Positions 12,001-24,900 of a DNA stretch of 64,000 bases are shown piece after piece (positions within the stretch are counted from its first letter, which is position 1; the number at the start of each line of letters is the position of its first letter). Below the pieces are notes generated by a model. The model was not told the DNA's origin and searched no databases. It saw only the letters and a list, made by a program, of their open reading frames with translations. Origin of the DNA: Auanema rhodensis. Its lineage: Eukaryota > Animalia > Nematoda. The stretch lies in NCBI GenBank assembly GCA_964057225.1, contig OZ059900.1:20584001-20648000 (forward strand), given 5' to 3'. The translations under genes were made by a program, and so were the position numbers.

Positions 12001-15000
12001 ATGGGAAAAACTGTGTTTTTGTATTTTTTAGTGTTCAGCATGTAAAATGCTTCATTTTAGTATGTAACACGCTGAAATTCGTTGCAGTTGACGACTCATA
12101 TGAACAAAAATCGATTTAATCAATATTAGCCATAAGGGGCGTGCCCTCAGAATATGCTAATTTCTCAAACTTTCTAACCCCTGTTTTTTTGTCGTGAAAG
12201 TGGAACTAGACGTTGTACAAACAATTTTGAGCTAGGTTTCATTGACATTGCATGAGTTTGAACATATGAAATCGTAAGTCAAAACCTTGTTTACAGCGAA
12301 ATTTCCAAAAACTGGTTTTCAAGCATAATAAAATATTTCTCATGGGAAATACTGTGTTTTTGTATTTTTCTAGTGTTCAGCATGTAAAATGCTTCATTTT
12401 AGTTTGTAACACGCTGAAATTCGTTGCATTTGACGACTCATATGAACAAAAATCGATTTAATCAATATTAGCCATAAGGGGCGTGCCCTCAGAATATGCT
12501 AATTTCCTTAATTTTCTAACCCCTGTTTTTTTGTCGTGAAAGTGGAACTAGACGTTGTACAAACAATTTTGAGCTAGGTTTCATTGACATTGCATGAGTT
12601 TGAACACATGAAATCGTAAGTCAAAACCTTGTTTACAGCGAAATTTCCAAAAACTGGTTTTCCAGCATAATAAAATTTTTCTCATGGGAAATACTGTGTT
12701 TTTGTATTTTTCTAGTGTTCAGCATGTAAAATAATTCATTTTAGTATGTAACACGCTGAAATTCGTTGCATTTGACGACTCATATGAACAAAAATCGATT
12801 TAATCAATATTAGCCATAAGGGGCGTGCCCTCAGAATATGCTAATTTCCTAAACTTTCTAACCCCTGTTTTTTTGTCGTGAAAGTGGAACTAGACGTTGT
12901 ACGAACAATTTTGAGCTAGGTTTCATTGACATTGCAAGAGTTTGAACACATGAAATCGTAAGTCAAAACCTTGTTTACAGCGAAATTTCCAAAAACTGGT
13001 TTTCCAGCATAATAAAATATTTCTCATGGGAAATACTGTGTTTTTGTATTTTTCTAGTGTTCAGCATGTAAAATGCTTCATTTTAGTATGTAACACGCTG
13101 AAATTCGTTGCATTTGACGACTCATATGAACAAAAATCGATTTAATCAATATTAGCCATAAGGGGCGTGCCCTCAGAATATGCTAATTTCCTAAATTTTC
13201 TAACCCCTGTTTTTTGTCGTGAAAGTGGAACTAGACGTTGTACGAACAATTTTGAGCTAGGTTTCATTGACATTGCAAGAGTTTGAACACATGAAATCGT
13301 AAGTCAAAACCTTGTTTACAGCGAAATTTCCAAAAACTGGTTTTCCAGCATAATAAAATATTTCTCATGGGAAAAACTGTGTTTTTGTATTTTTTTAGTG
13401 TTCAGCATGTAAAATATTTCATTTTAGTATGTAACACGCTGAAATTCGTTGCATTTGACGACTCATATGAACAAAAATCGATTTAATCAATATTAGCCAT
13501 AAGGGGCGTGCCCTCAGAATATGCTAATTTCCTAAACTTTCTAACCCCTGTTTTTTTGTCGTGAAAGTGGAACTAGACGTTGTACAAACAATTTTGAGCT
13601 AGGTTTCATTGACATTGCATGAGTTTGAACACATGAAATCGTAAGTCAAAACCTTGTTTACAGCGAAATTTCCAAAAACTGGTTTTCCAGCATAATAAAA
13701 TATTTCTCATGAGAAATACTGTGTTTTTGTATTTTTCTAGTGTTCAGCATGTAAAATGCTTCATTTTAGTATGTAACACGCTGAAATTCGTTGCATTTGA
13801 CGACTCATATGAACAAAAATCGATTTAATCAATATTAGCCATAAGGGGCGTGCCCTCAGAATATGCTAATTTCCTTAATTTTCTAACCCCTGTTTTTTTG
13901 TCGTGAAAGTGGAACTAGACGTTGTACAAACAATTTTGAGCTAGGTTTCATTGACATTGCATGAGTTTGAACACATGAAATCGTAAGTCAAAACCTTGTT
14001 TACAGCGAAATTTCCAAAAACTGGTTTTCCAGCATAATAAAATATTTCTCATGGGAAATACTGTGTTTTTGTATTTTTCTAGTGTTCAGCATGTAAAATG
14101 CTTCATTTTAGTATGTAACACGCTGAAATTCGTTGCATTTGACGACTCATATGAACAAAAATCGATTTAATCAATATTAGCCATAAGGGGCGTGCCCTCA
14201 GAATATGCTAATTTCCTTAATTTTCTAACCCCTGTTTTTTGTCGTGAAAGTGGAACTAGACGTTGTAGGAACAATTTTGAGCTAGGTTTCATTGACATTG
14301 CATGAGTTTGAACACATGAAATCGTAAGTCAAAACCTTGTTTACAGCGAAATTTCCAAAAACTGGTTTTCCAGCATAATAAAATATTTCTCATGGGAAAT
14401 ACTGTGTTTTTGTATTTTTCTAGTGTTCAGCATGTAAAATGCTTCATTTTAGTATGTAACACGCTGAAATTCGTTGCATTTGACTACTCATATGAACAAA
14501 AATCGATTTAATCAATATTAGCCATAAGGGGCGTGCCCTCAGAATATGCTAATTTCCTTAATTTTCTAACCCCTGTTTTTTTGTCGTGAAAGTGGAACTA
14601 GACGTTGTACAAACAATTTTGAGCTAGGTTTCATTGACATTGCATGAGTTTGAACACATGAAATCGTAAGTCAAAACCTTGTTTACAGCGAAATTTCCAA
14701 AAACTGGTTTACCAGCATAATAAAATATTTCTCATGAGAAATACTGTGTTTTTGTATTTTTCTAGTGTTCAGCATGTAAAATGCTTCATTTTAGTATGTA
14801 ACACGCTGAAATTCGTTGCATTTGACGACTCATATGAACAAAAATCGATTTAATCAATATTAGCCATAAGGGGCGTGCCCTCAGAATATGCTAATTTCCT
14901 TAATTTTCTAACCCCTGTTTTTTTGTCGTGAAAGTGGAACTAGACGTTGTACAAACAATTTTGAGCTAGGTTTCATTGACATTGCATGAGTTTGAACACA

Positions 15001-18000
15001 TGAAATCGTAAGTCAAAACCTTGTTTACAGCGAAATTTCCAAAAACTGGTTTTCCAGCATAATAAAATATTTCTCATGGGAAATACTGTGTTTTTGTATT
15101 TTTCTAGTGTTCAGCATGTAAAATGCTTCATTTTAGTATGTAACACGCTGAAATTCGTTGCATTTGACGACTCATATGAACAAAAATCGATTTAATCAAT
15201 ATTAGCCATAAGGGGCGTGCCCTCAGAATATGCTAATTTCCTTAATTTTCTAACCCCTGTTTTTTTGTCGTGAAAGTGGAACTAGACGTTGTACGAACAA
15301 TTTTGAGCTAGGTTTCATTGACATTGCAAGAGTTTGAACACATGAAATCGTAAGTCAAAACCTTGTTTACAGCGAAATTTCCAAAAACTGGTTTTCCAGC
15401 ATAATAAAATATTTCTCATGGGAAAAACTGTGTTTTTGTATTTTTCTAGTGTTCAGCATGTAAAATGCTTCATTTTAGTATGTAACACGCTGAAATTCGT
15501 TGCATTTGACGACTCATATGAACAAAAATCGATTTAATCAATATTAGCCATAAGGGGCGTGCCCTCAGAATATGCTAATTTCCTTAATTTTCTAACCCCT
15601 GTTTTTTTGTCGTGAAAGTGGAACTAGACGTTGTACAAACAATTTTGAGCTAGGTTTCATTGACATTGCAAGAGTTTGAACACATGAAATCGTAAGTCAA
15701 AACCTTGTTTACAGCGAAATTTCCAAAAACTGGTTTTCCAGCATAATAAAATATTTCTCATGGGAAAAACTGTGTTTTTGTATTTTTCTAGTGTTCAGCA
15801 TGTGAAATGCTTCATTTTAGTATGTAACACGCTGAAATTCGTTGCATTTGACGACTCATATGAACAAAAATCGATTTAATCAATATTAGCCATTAGGGGC
15901 GTGCCCTCAGAATATGCTAATTTCCTTAATTTTCTAACCCCTGTTTTTTTGTCGTGAAAGTGGAACTAGACGTTGTACAAACAATTTTGAGCTAGGTTTC
16001 ATTGACATTGCATGAGTTTGAACACATGAAATCGTAAGTCAAAACCTTGTTTACAGCGAAATTTCCAAAAACTGGTTTTCCAGCATAATAAAATATTTCT
16101 CATGGGAAATACTGTGTTTTTGTATTTTTCTAGTGTTCAGCATGTAAAATGCTTCATTTTAGTATGTAACACGCTGAAATTCGTTGCATTTGACGACTCA
16201 TATGAACAAAAATCGATTTAATCAATATTAGCCATAAGGGGCGTGCCCTCAGAATATGCTAATTTCCTAAATTTTCTAACCCCTGTTTTTTGTCGTGAAA
16301 GTGGAACTAGACGTTGTACGAACAATTTTGAGCTAGGTTTCATTGACATTGCAAGAGTTTGAACACATGAAATCGTAAGTCAAAACCTTGTTTACAGCGA
16401 AATTTCCAAAAACTGGTTTTCCAGCATAATAAAATATTTCTCATGAGAAATACTGTGTTTTTGTATTTTTCTAGTGTTCAGCATGTAAAATGCTTCATTT
16501 AAGTATGTAACACGCTGAAATTCGTTGCATTTGACTACTCATATGAACAAAAATCGATTTAATCAATATTAGCCATAAGGGGCGTGCCCTCAGAATATGC
16601 TAATTTCCTTAATTTTCTAACCCCTGTTTTTTTGTCGTGAAAGTGGAACTAGACGTTGTACAAACAATTTTGAGCTAGGTTTCATTGACATTGCATGAGT
16701 TTGAACACATGAAATCGTAAGTCAAAACCTTGTTTACAGCGAAATTTCCAAAAACTGGTTTACCAGCATAATAAAATATTTCTCATGAGAAATACTGTGT
16801 TTTTGTATTTTTCTAGTGTTCAGCATGTAAAATGCTTCATTTTAGTATGTAACACGCTGAAATTCGTTGCATTTGACGACTCATACGAACAAAAATCGAT
16901 TTAATCAATATTAGCCATAAGGGGCGTGCCCTCAGAATATGCTAATTTCCTTAATTTTCTAACCCCTGTTTTTTTGTCGTGAAAGTGGAACTAGACGTTG
17001 TACAAACAATTTTGAGCTAGGTTTCATTGACATTGCATGAGTTTGAACACATGAAATCGTAAGTCAAAACCTTGTTTACAGCGAAATTTCCAAAAACTGG
17101 TTTACCAGCATAATAAAATATTTCTCATGAGAAATACTGTGTTTTTGTATTTTTCTAGTGTTCAGCATGTAAAATGCTTCATTTTAGTATGTAACACGCT
17201 GAAATTCGTTGCATTTGACGACTCATATGAACAAAAATCGATTTAATCAATATTAGCCATAAGGGGCGTGCCCTCAGAATATGCTAATTTCCTAAATTTT
17301 CTAACCCCTGTTTTTTGTCGTGAAAGTGGAACTAGACGTTGTACGAACAATTTTGAGCTAGGTTTCATTGACATTGCAAGAGTTTGAACACATGAAATCG
17401 TAAGTCAAAACCTTGTTTACAGCGAAATTTCCAAAAACTGGTTTTCCAGCATAATAAAATATTTCTCATGAGAAATACTGTGTTTTTGTATTTTTCTAGT
17501 GTTCAGCATGTAAAATGCTTCATTTAAGTATGTAACACGCTGAAATTCGTTGCATTTGACTACTCATATGAACAAAAATCGATTTAATCAATATTAGCCA
17601 TAAGGGGCGTGCCCTCAGAATATGCTAATTTCCTTAATTTTCTAACCCCTGTTTTTTTGTCGTGAAAGTGGAACTAGACGTTGTACAAACAATTTTGAGC
17701 TAGGTTTCATTGACATTGCATGAGTTTGAACACATGAAATCGTAAGTCAAAACCTTGTTTACAGCGAAATTTCCAAAAACTGGTTTACCAGCATAATAAA
17801 ATATTTCTCATGAGAAATACTGTGTTTTTGTATTTTTCTAGTGTTCAGCATGTAAAATGCTTCATTTTAGTATGTAACACGCTGAAATTCGTTGCATTTG
17901 ACGACTCATACGAACAAAAATCGATTTAATCAATATTAGCCATAAGGGGCGTGCCCTCAGAATATGCTAATTTCCTTAATTTTCTAACCCCTGTTTTTTT

Positions 18001-20369
18001 GTCGTGAAAGTGGAACTAGACGTTGTACAAACAATTTTGAGCTAGGTTTCATTGACATTGCATGAGTTTGAACACATGAAATCGTAAGTCAAAACCTTGT
18101 TTACAGCGAAATTTCCAAAAACTGGTTTTCCAGCATAATAAAATATTTCTCATGGGAAATACTGTGTTTTTGTATTTTTCTAGTGTTCAGCATGTAAAAT
18201 GCTTCATTTTAGTATGTAACACGCTGAAATTCGTTGCATTTGACGACTCATATGAACAAAAATCGATTTAATCAATATTAGCCATAAGGGGCGTGCCCTC
18301 AGAATATGCTAATTTCCTTAATTTTCTAACCCCTGTTTTTTTGTCGTGAAAGTGGAACTAGACGTTGTACGAACAATTTTGAGCTAGGTTTCATTGACAT
18401 TGCAAGAGTTTGAACACATGAAATCGTAAGTCAAAACCTTGTTTACAGCGAAATTTCCAAAAACTGGTTTTCCAGCATAATAAAATATTTCTCATGGGAA
18501 AAACTGTGTTTTTGTATTTTTCTAGTGTTCAGCATGTAAAATGCTTCATTTTAGTATGTAACACGCTGAAATTCGTTGCATTTGACGACTCATATGAACA
18601 AAAATCGATTTAATCAATATTAGCCATAAGGGGCGTGCCCTCAGAATATGCTAATTTCCTTAATTTTCTAACCCCTGTTTTTTTGTCGTGAAAGTGGAAC
18701 TAGACGTTGTACAAACAATTTTGAGCTAGGTTTCATTGACATTGCAAGAGTTTGAACACATGAAATCGTAAGTCAAAACCTTGTTTACAGCGAAATTTCC
18801 AAAAACTGGTTTTCCAGCATAATAAAATATTTCTCATGGGAAAAACTGTGTTTTTGTATTTTTCTAGTGTTCAGCATGTGAAATGCTTCATTTTAGTATG
18901 TAACACGCTGAAATTCGTTGCATTTGACGACTCATATGAACAAAAATCGATTTAATCAATATTAGCCATTAGGGGCGTGCCCTCAGAATATGCTAATTTC
19001 CTTAATTTTCTAACCCCTGTTTTTTTGTCGTGAAAGTGGAACTAGACGTTGTACAAACAATTTTGAGCTAGGTTTCATTGACATTGCATGAGTTTGAACA
19101 CATGAAATCGTAAGTCAAAACCTTGTTTACAGCGAAATTTCCAAAAACTGGTTTTCCAGCATAATAAAATATTTCTCATGGGAAATACTGTGTTTTTGTA
19201 TTTTTCTAGTGTTCAGCATGTAAAATGCTTCATTTTAGTATGTAACACGCTGAAATTCGTTGCATTTGACGACTCATATGAACAAAAATCGATTTAATCA
19301 ATATTAGCCATAAGGGGCGTGCCCTCAGAATATGCTAATTTCCTTAATTTTCTAACCCCTGTTTTTTTGTCGTGAAAGTGGAACTAGACGTTGTACAAAC
19401 AATTTTGAGCTAGGTTTCATTGACATTGCATGAGTTTGAACACATGAAATCGTAAGTCAAAACCTTGTTTACAGCGAAATTTCCAAAAACTGGTTTTCCA
19501 GCATAATAAAATATTTCTCATGGGAAATACTGTGTTTTTGTATTTTTCTAGTGTTCAGCATGTAAAATGCTTCATTTTAGTATGTAACACGCTGAAATTC
19601 GTTGCATTTGACGACTCATATGAACAAAAATCGATTTAATCAATATTAGCCATAAGGGGCGTGCCCTCAGAATATGCTAATTTCCTAAATTTTCTAACCC
19701 CTGTTTTTTGTCGTGAAAGTGGAACTAGACGTTGTACGAACAATTTTGAGCTAGGTTTCATTGACATTGCAAGAGTTTGAACACATGAAATCGTAAGTCA
19801 AAACCTTGTTTACAGCGAAATTTCCAAAAACTGGTTTTCCAGCATAATAAAATATTTCTCATGAGAAATACTGTGTTTTTGTATTTTTCTAGTGTTCAGC
19901 ATGTAAAATGCTTCATTTAAGTATGTAACACGCTGAAATTCGTTGCATTTGACTACTCATATGAACAAAAATCGATTTAATCAATATTAGCCATAAGGGG
20001 CGTGCCCTCAGAATATGCTAATTTCCTTAATTTTCTAACCCCTGTTTTTTTGTCGTGAAAGTGGAACTAGACGTTGTACAAACAATTTTGAGCTAGGTTT
20101 CATTGACATTGCATGAGTTTGAACACATGAAATCGTAAGTCAAAACCTTGTTTACAGCGAAATTTCCAAAAACTGGTTTACCAGCATAATAAAATATTTC
20201 TCATGAGAAATACTGTGTTTTTGTATTTTTCTAGTGTTCAGCATGTAAAATGCTTCATTTTAGTATGTAACACGCTGAAATTCGTTGCATTTGACGACTC
20301 ATACGAACAAAAATCGATTTAATCAATATTAGCCATAAGGGGCGTGCCCTCAGAATATGCTAATTTCCT
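1..20369 (+). repeat. Satellite block A, forward orientation, about 60 monomers
   Basis: All monomers read ...AAGGGGCGTGCCCTCAGAATATGC... up to AATTTCCT at 20369. Confidence 0.97.
1000..9100 (+). repeat. 12-monomer higher-order repeat, 4102-bp period, 2 copies (boundaries approximate)
   Basis: Variants GCAGTTG at 2174/6276, TTTTCAAG at 2408/6510 and AATGTCC at 4783/8885 are each 4102 bp apart. Confidence 0.85.
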
Positions 20370-20420
20370 AAAATTTCCTAGTTCCACTTTCACGACAAAA
20401 AAACAGGGGTTAGAAAATTA
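20362..20420. other. Orientation-switch junction 1 with a 9-bp direct duplication; inverted arms separated by 51 bp
   Basis: The junction reads AATTTCCTA-A-AATTTCCTA-GTTCC (20362-20370 and 20372-20380). The left arm ends AATTTCCT (20369) and its complement AGGAAATT starts at 20421. Confidence 0.92.
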
Positions 20421-21960
20421 AGGAAATTAGCATATTCTGAGGGCACGCCCCTTATGGCTAATATTGATTAAATCGATTTTTGTTCATATGAGTCGTCAAA
20501 TGCAACGAATTTCAGCGTGTTACATACTAAAATGAAATATTTTACATGCTGAACACTAAAAAAATACAAAAACACAGTTTTTCCCATGAGAAATATTTTA
20601 TTATGCTGGAAAACCAGTTTTTGGAAATTTCGCTGTAAACAAGGTTTTGACTTACGATTTCATGTGTTCAAACTCTTGCAATGTCAATGAAACCTAGCTC
20701 AAAATTGTTCGTACAACGTCTAGTTCCACTTTCACGACAAAAAAACAGGGGTTAGAAAGTTTAGGAAATTAGCATATTCTGAGGGCACGCCCCTTATGGC
20801 TAATATTGATTAAATCGATTTTTGTTCATATGAGTCGTCAAATGCAACGAATTTCAGCGTGTTACATACTAAAATGAATTATTTTACATGCTGAACACTA
20901 GAAAAATACAAAAACACAGTATTTCCCATGAGAAAAATTTTATTATGCTGGAAAACCAGTTTTTGGAAATTTCGCTGTAAACAAGGTTTTGACTTACGAT
21001 TTCATGTGTTCAAACTCATGCAATGTCAATGAAACCTAGCTCAAAATTGTTTGTACAACGTCTAGTTCCACTTTCACGACAAAAAAACAGGGGTTAGAAA
21101 ATTAAGGAAATTAGCATATTCTGAGGGCACGCCCCTTATGGCTAATATTGATTAAATCGATTTTTGTTCATATGAGTCGTCAAATGCAACGAATTTCAGC
21201 GTGTTACATACTAAAATGAAGCATTTTACATGCTGAACACTAGAAAAATACAAAAACACAGTATTTCCCATGAGAAATATTTTATTATGCTTGAAAACCA
21301 GTTTTTGGAAATTTCGCTGTAAACAAGGTTTTGACTTACGATTTCATATGTTCAAACTCATGCAATGTCAATGAAACCTAGCTCAAAATTGTTTGTACAA
21401 CGTCTAGTTCCACTTTCACGACAAAAAAACAGGGGTTAGAAAGTTTGGGAAATTAGCATATTCTGAGGGCACGCCCCTTATGGCTAATATTGATTAAATC
21501 GATTTTTGTTCATATGAGTCGTCAAATGCAACGAATTTCAGCGTGTTACATACTAAAATGAAGCATTTTACATGCTGAACACTAAAAAATACAAAAACAC
21601 AGTTTTTCCCATGAGAAATATTTTATTATGCTGGAAAACCAGTTTTTGGAAATTTCGCTGTAAACAAGGTTTTGACATACGATTTCATGTGTTCAAACTC
21701 ATGCAATGTCAATGAAACCTAGCTCAAAATTGTTCGTACAACGTCTAGTTCCACTTTCACGACAAAAAAACAGGGGTTAGAAAATTAAGGATATTAGCAT
21801 ATTCTGAGGGCACGCCCCTTATGGCTAATATTGATTAAATCGATTTTTGTTCATATGAGTAGTCAAATGCAACGAATTTCAGCGTGTTACATACTAAAAT
21901 GAAGCATTTTACATGCTGAACACTAAAAAAATACAAAAACACAGTTTTTCCCATGAGAAA

Positions 21961-21980
21961 TATTTTATTATTACGATTTC
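21961..21980 (-). other. 48-bp internal deletion in one monomer
   Basis: TATTTTATTA is joined directly to TTACGATTTC; TGCTGGAAAACCAG...GGTTTTGAC (48 bp) is missing. Confidence 0.93.
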
Positions 21981-24900
21981 ATGTGTTCAAACTCATGCAA
22001 TGTCAATGAAACCTAGCTCAAAATTGTTCCTACAACGTCTAGTTCCACTTTCACGACAAAAAACAGGGGTTAGAAAATTAAGGAAATTAGCATATTCTGA
22101 GGGCACGCCCCTTATGGCTAATATTGATTAAATCGATTTTTGTTCATATGAGTCGTCAAATGCAACGAATTTCAGCGTGTTACATACTAAAATGAAGCAT
22201 TTTACATGCTGAACACTAGAAAAATACGAAAACACAGTTTTTCCCATGAGAAATATTTTATTATGCTGGAAAACCAGTTTTTGGATATTTCGCTGTAAAC
22301 AAGGTTTTGACTTACGATTTCATGTGTTCAAACTCATGCAATGTCAATGAAACCTAGCTCAAAATTGTTTGTACAACGTCTAGTTCCACTTTCACGACAA
22401 AAAAACAGGGGTTAGAAAATTAAGGAAATTAGCATATTCTGAGGGCACGCCCCTTATGGCTAATATTGATTAAATCGATTTTTGTTCATATGAGTAGTCA
22501 AATGCAACGAATTTCAGCGTGTTACATACTAAAATGAAGCATTTCACATGCTGAACACTAGAAAAATACAAAAACACAGTATTTCCCATGAGAAATATTT
22601 TATTATGCTGGAAAACCAGTTTTTGGAAATTTCGCTGTAAACAAGGTTTGACTTACGATTTCATGTGTTCAAACTCATGCAATGTCAATGAAACCTAGCT
22701 CAAAATTGTTCGTACAACGTCTAGTTCCACTTTCACGACAAAAAAACAGGGGTTAGAAAATTTAGTAAATTAGCATATTCTGAGGGCACGCCCCTTATGG
22801 CTAATATTGATTAAATCGATTTTTGTTCATATGAGTCGTCAAATGCAACGAATTTCAGCGTGTTACATACTAAAATGAAGTATTTTACATGCTGAACACT
22901 AGAAAAATACAAAAACACAGTATTTCCCATGAGAAATATTTTATTATGCTGGAAAACCAGTTTTTGGACATTTCGCTGTAAACAAGGTTTTGACTTACGA
23001 TTTCATGTGTTCAAACTCATGCAATGTCAATGAAACCTAGCTCAAAATTGTTCCTACAACGTCTAGTTCCACTTTCACGACAAAAAACAGGGGTTAGAAA
23101 ATTAAGGAAATTAGCATATTCTGAGGGCACGCCCCTTATGGCTAATATTGATTAAATCGATTTTTGTTCATATGAGTCGTCAAATGCAACGAATTTCAGC
23201 GTGTTACATACTAAAATGAAGCATTTTACATGCTGAACATTAGAAAAATACAAAAACACAGTTTTTCCCATGAGAAATATTTTATTATGCTGGAAAACCA
23301 GTTTTTGGAAATTTCGCTGTAAACAAGGTTTTGACTTACGATTTCATGTGTTCAAACTCATGCAATGTCAATGAAACCTAGCTCAAAATTGTTCCTACAA
23401 CGTCTAGTTCCACTTTCACGACAAAAAACAGGGGTTAGAAAATTAAGGAAATTAGCATATTCTGAGGGCACGCCCCTTATGGCTAATATTGATTAAATCG
23501 ATTTTTGTTCATATGAGTCGTCAAATGCAACGAATTTCAGCGTGTTACATACTTAAATGAAGCATTTTACATGCTGAACACTAGAAAAATACAAAAACAC
23601 AGTATTTCTCATGAGAAATATTTTATTATGCTGGAAAACCAGTTTTTGGAAATTTCGCTGTAAACAAGGTTTTCACTTACGATTTCATGTGTTCAAACTC
23701 ATGCAATGTCAATGAAACCTAGCTCAAAATTTTTTGTACAACGTCTAGTTCCACTTTCACGACAAAAAAACAGGGGTTAGAAAATTAAGGAAATTAGCAT
23801 ATTCTGAGGGCACGCCCCTTATGGCTAATATTGATTAAATCGATTTTTGTTCATATGAGTAGTCAAATGCAACGAATTTCAGCGTGTTACATACTAAAAT
23901 GAAGCATTTCACATGCTGAACACTAGAAAAATACAAAAACACAGTATTTCCCATGAGAAATATTTTATTATGCTGGAAAACCAGTTTTTGGAAATTTCGC
24001 TGTAAACAAGGTTTTGACTTACGATTTCATGTGTTCAAACTCATGCAATGTCAATGAAACCTAGCTCAAAATTGTTTGTACAACGTCTAGTTCCACTTTC
24101 ACGACAAAAAAACAGGGGTTAGAAAATTAAGGAAATTAGCATATTCTGAGGGCACGCCCCTTATGGCTAATATTGATTTAAACGATTTTTGTTCATATGA
24201 GTCGTCAAATGCAACGAATTTCAGCGTGTTACATACTAAAATGAAGCATTTTACATGCTGAACACTAGAAAAATACAAAAACACAGTATTTCTCATGAGA
24301 AATATTTTATTATGCTGGAAAACCAGTTTTTGGAATTTTCGCTGTAAACAAGGTTTGACTTACGATTTCATGTGTTCAAACTCATGCAATGTCAATGAAA
24401 CCTAGCTCAAAATTGTTCGTACAACGTCTAGTTCCACTTTCACGACAAAAAAACAGGGGTTAGAAAATTTAGGAAATTAGCATATTCTGAGGGCACGCCC
24501 CTTATGGCTAATATTGATTAAATCGATTTTTGTTCATATGAGTCGTCAAATGCAACGAATTTCAGCGTGTTACATACTAAAATGAAGTATTTTACATGCT
24601 GAACACTAGAAAAATACAAAAACACAGTATTTCTCATGAGAAATATTTTATTATGCTGGAAAACCAGTTTTTGGAAATTTCGCTGTAAACAAGGTTTTGA
24701 CTTACGATTTCATGTGTTCAAACTCAGGCAATGTCAATGAAACCTAGCTCAAAATTGTTCCTACAACGTCTAGTTCCACTTTCACGACAAAAAACAGGGG
24801 TTAGAAAATTAAGGAAATTAGCATATTCTGAGGGCACGCCCCTTATGGCTAATATTGATTAAATCGATTTTTGTTCATATGAGTCGTCAAATGCAACGAA

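Noticed and set aside
21913-22131. 72-aa plus-strand ORF
   Set aside because: It is created by the 48-bp deletion joining two open stretches of satellite sequence.
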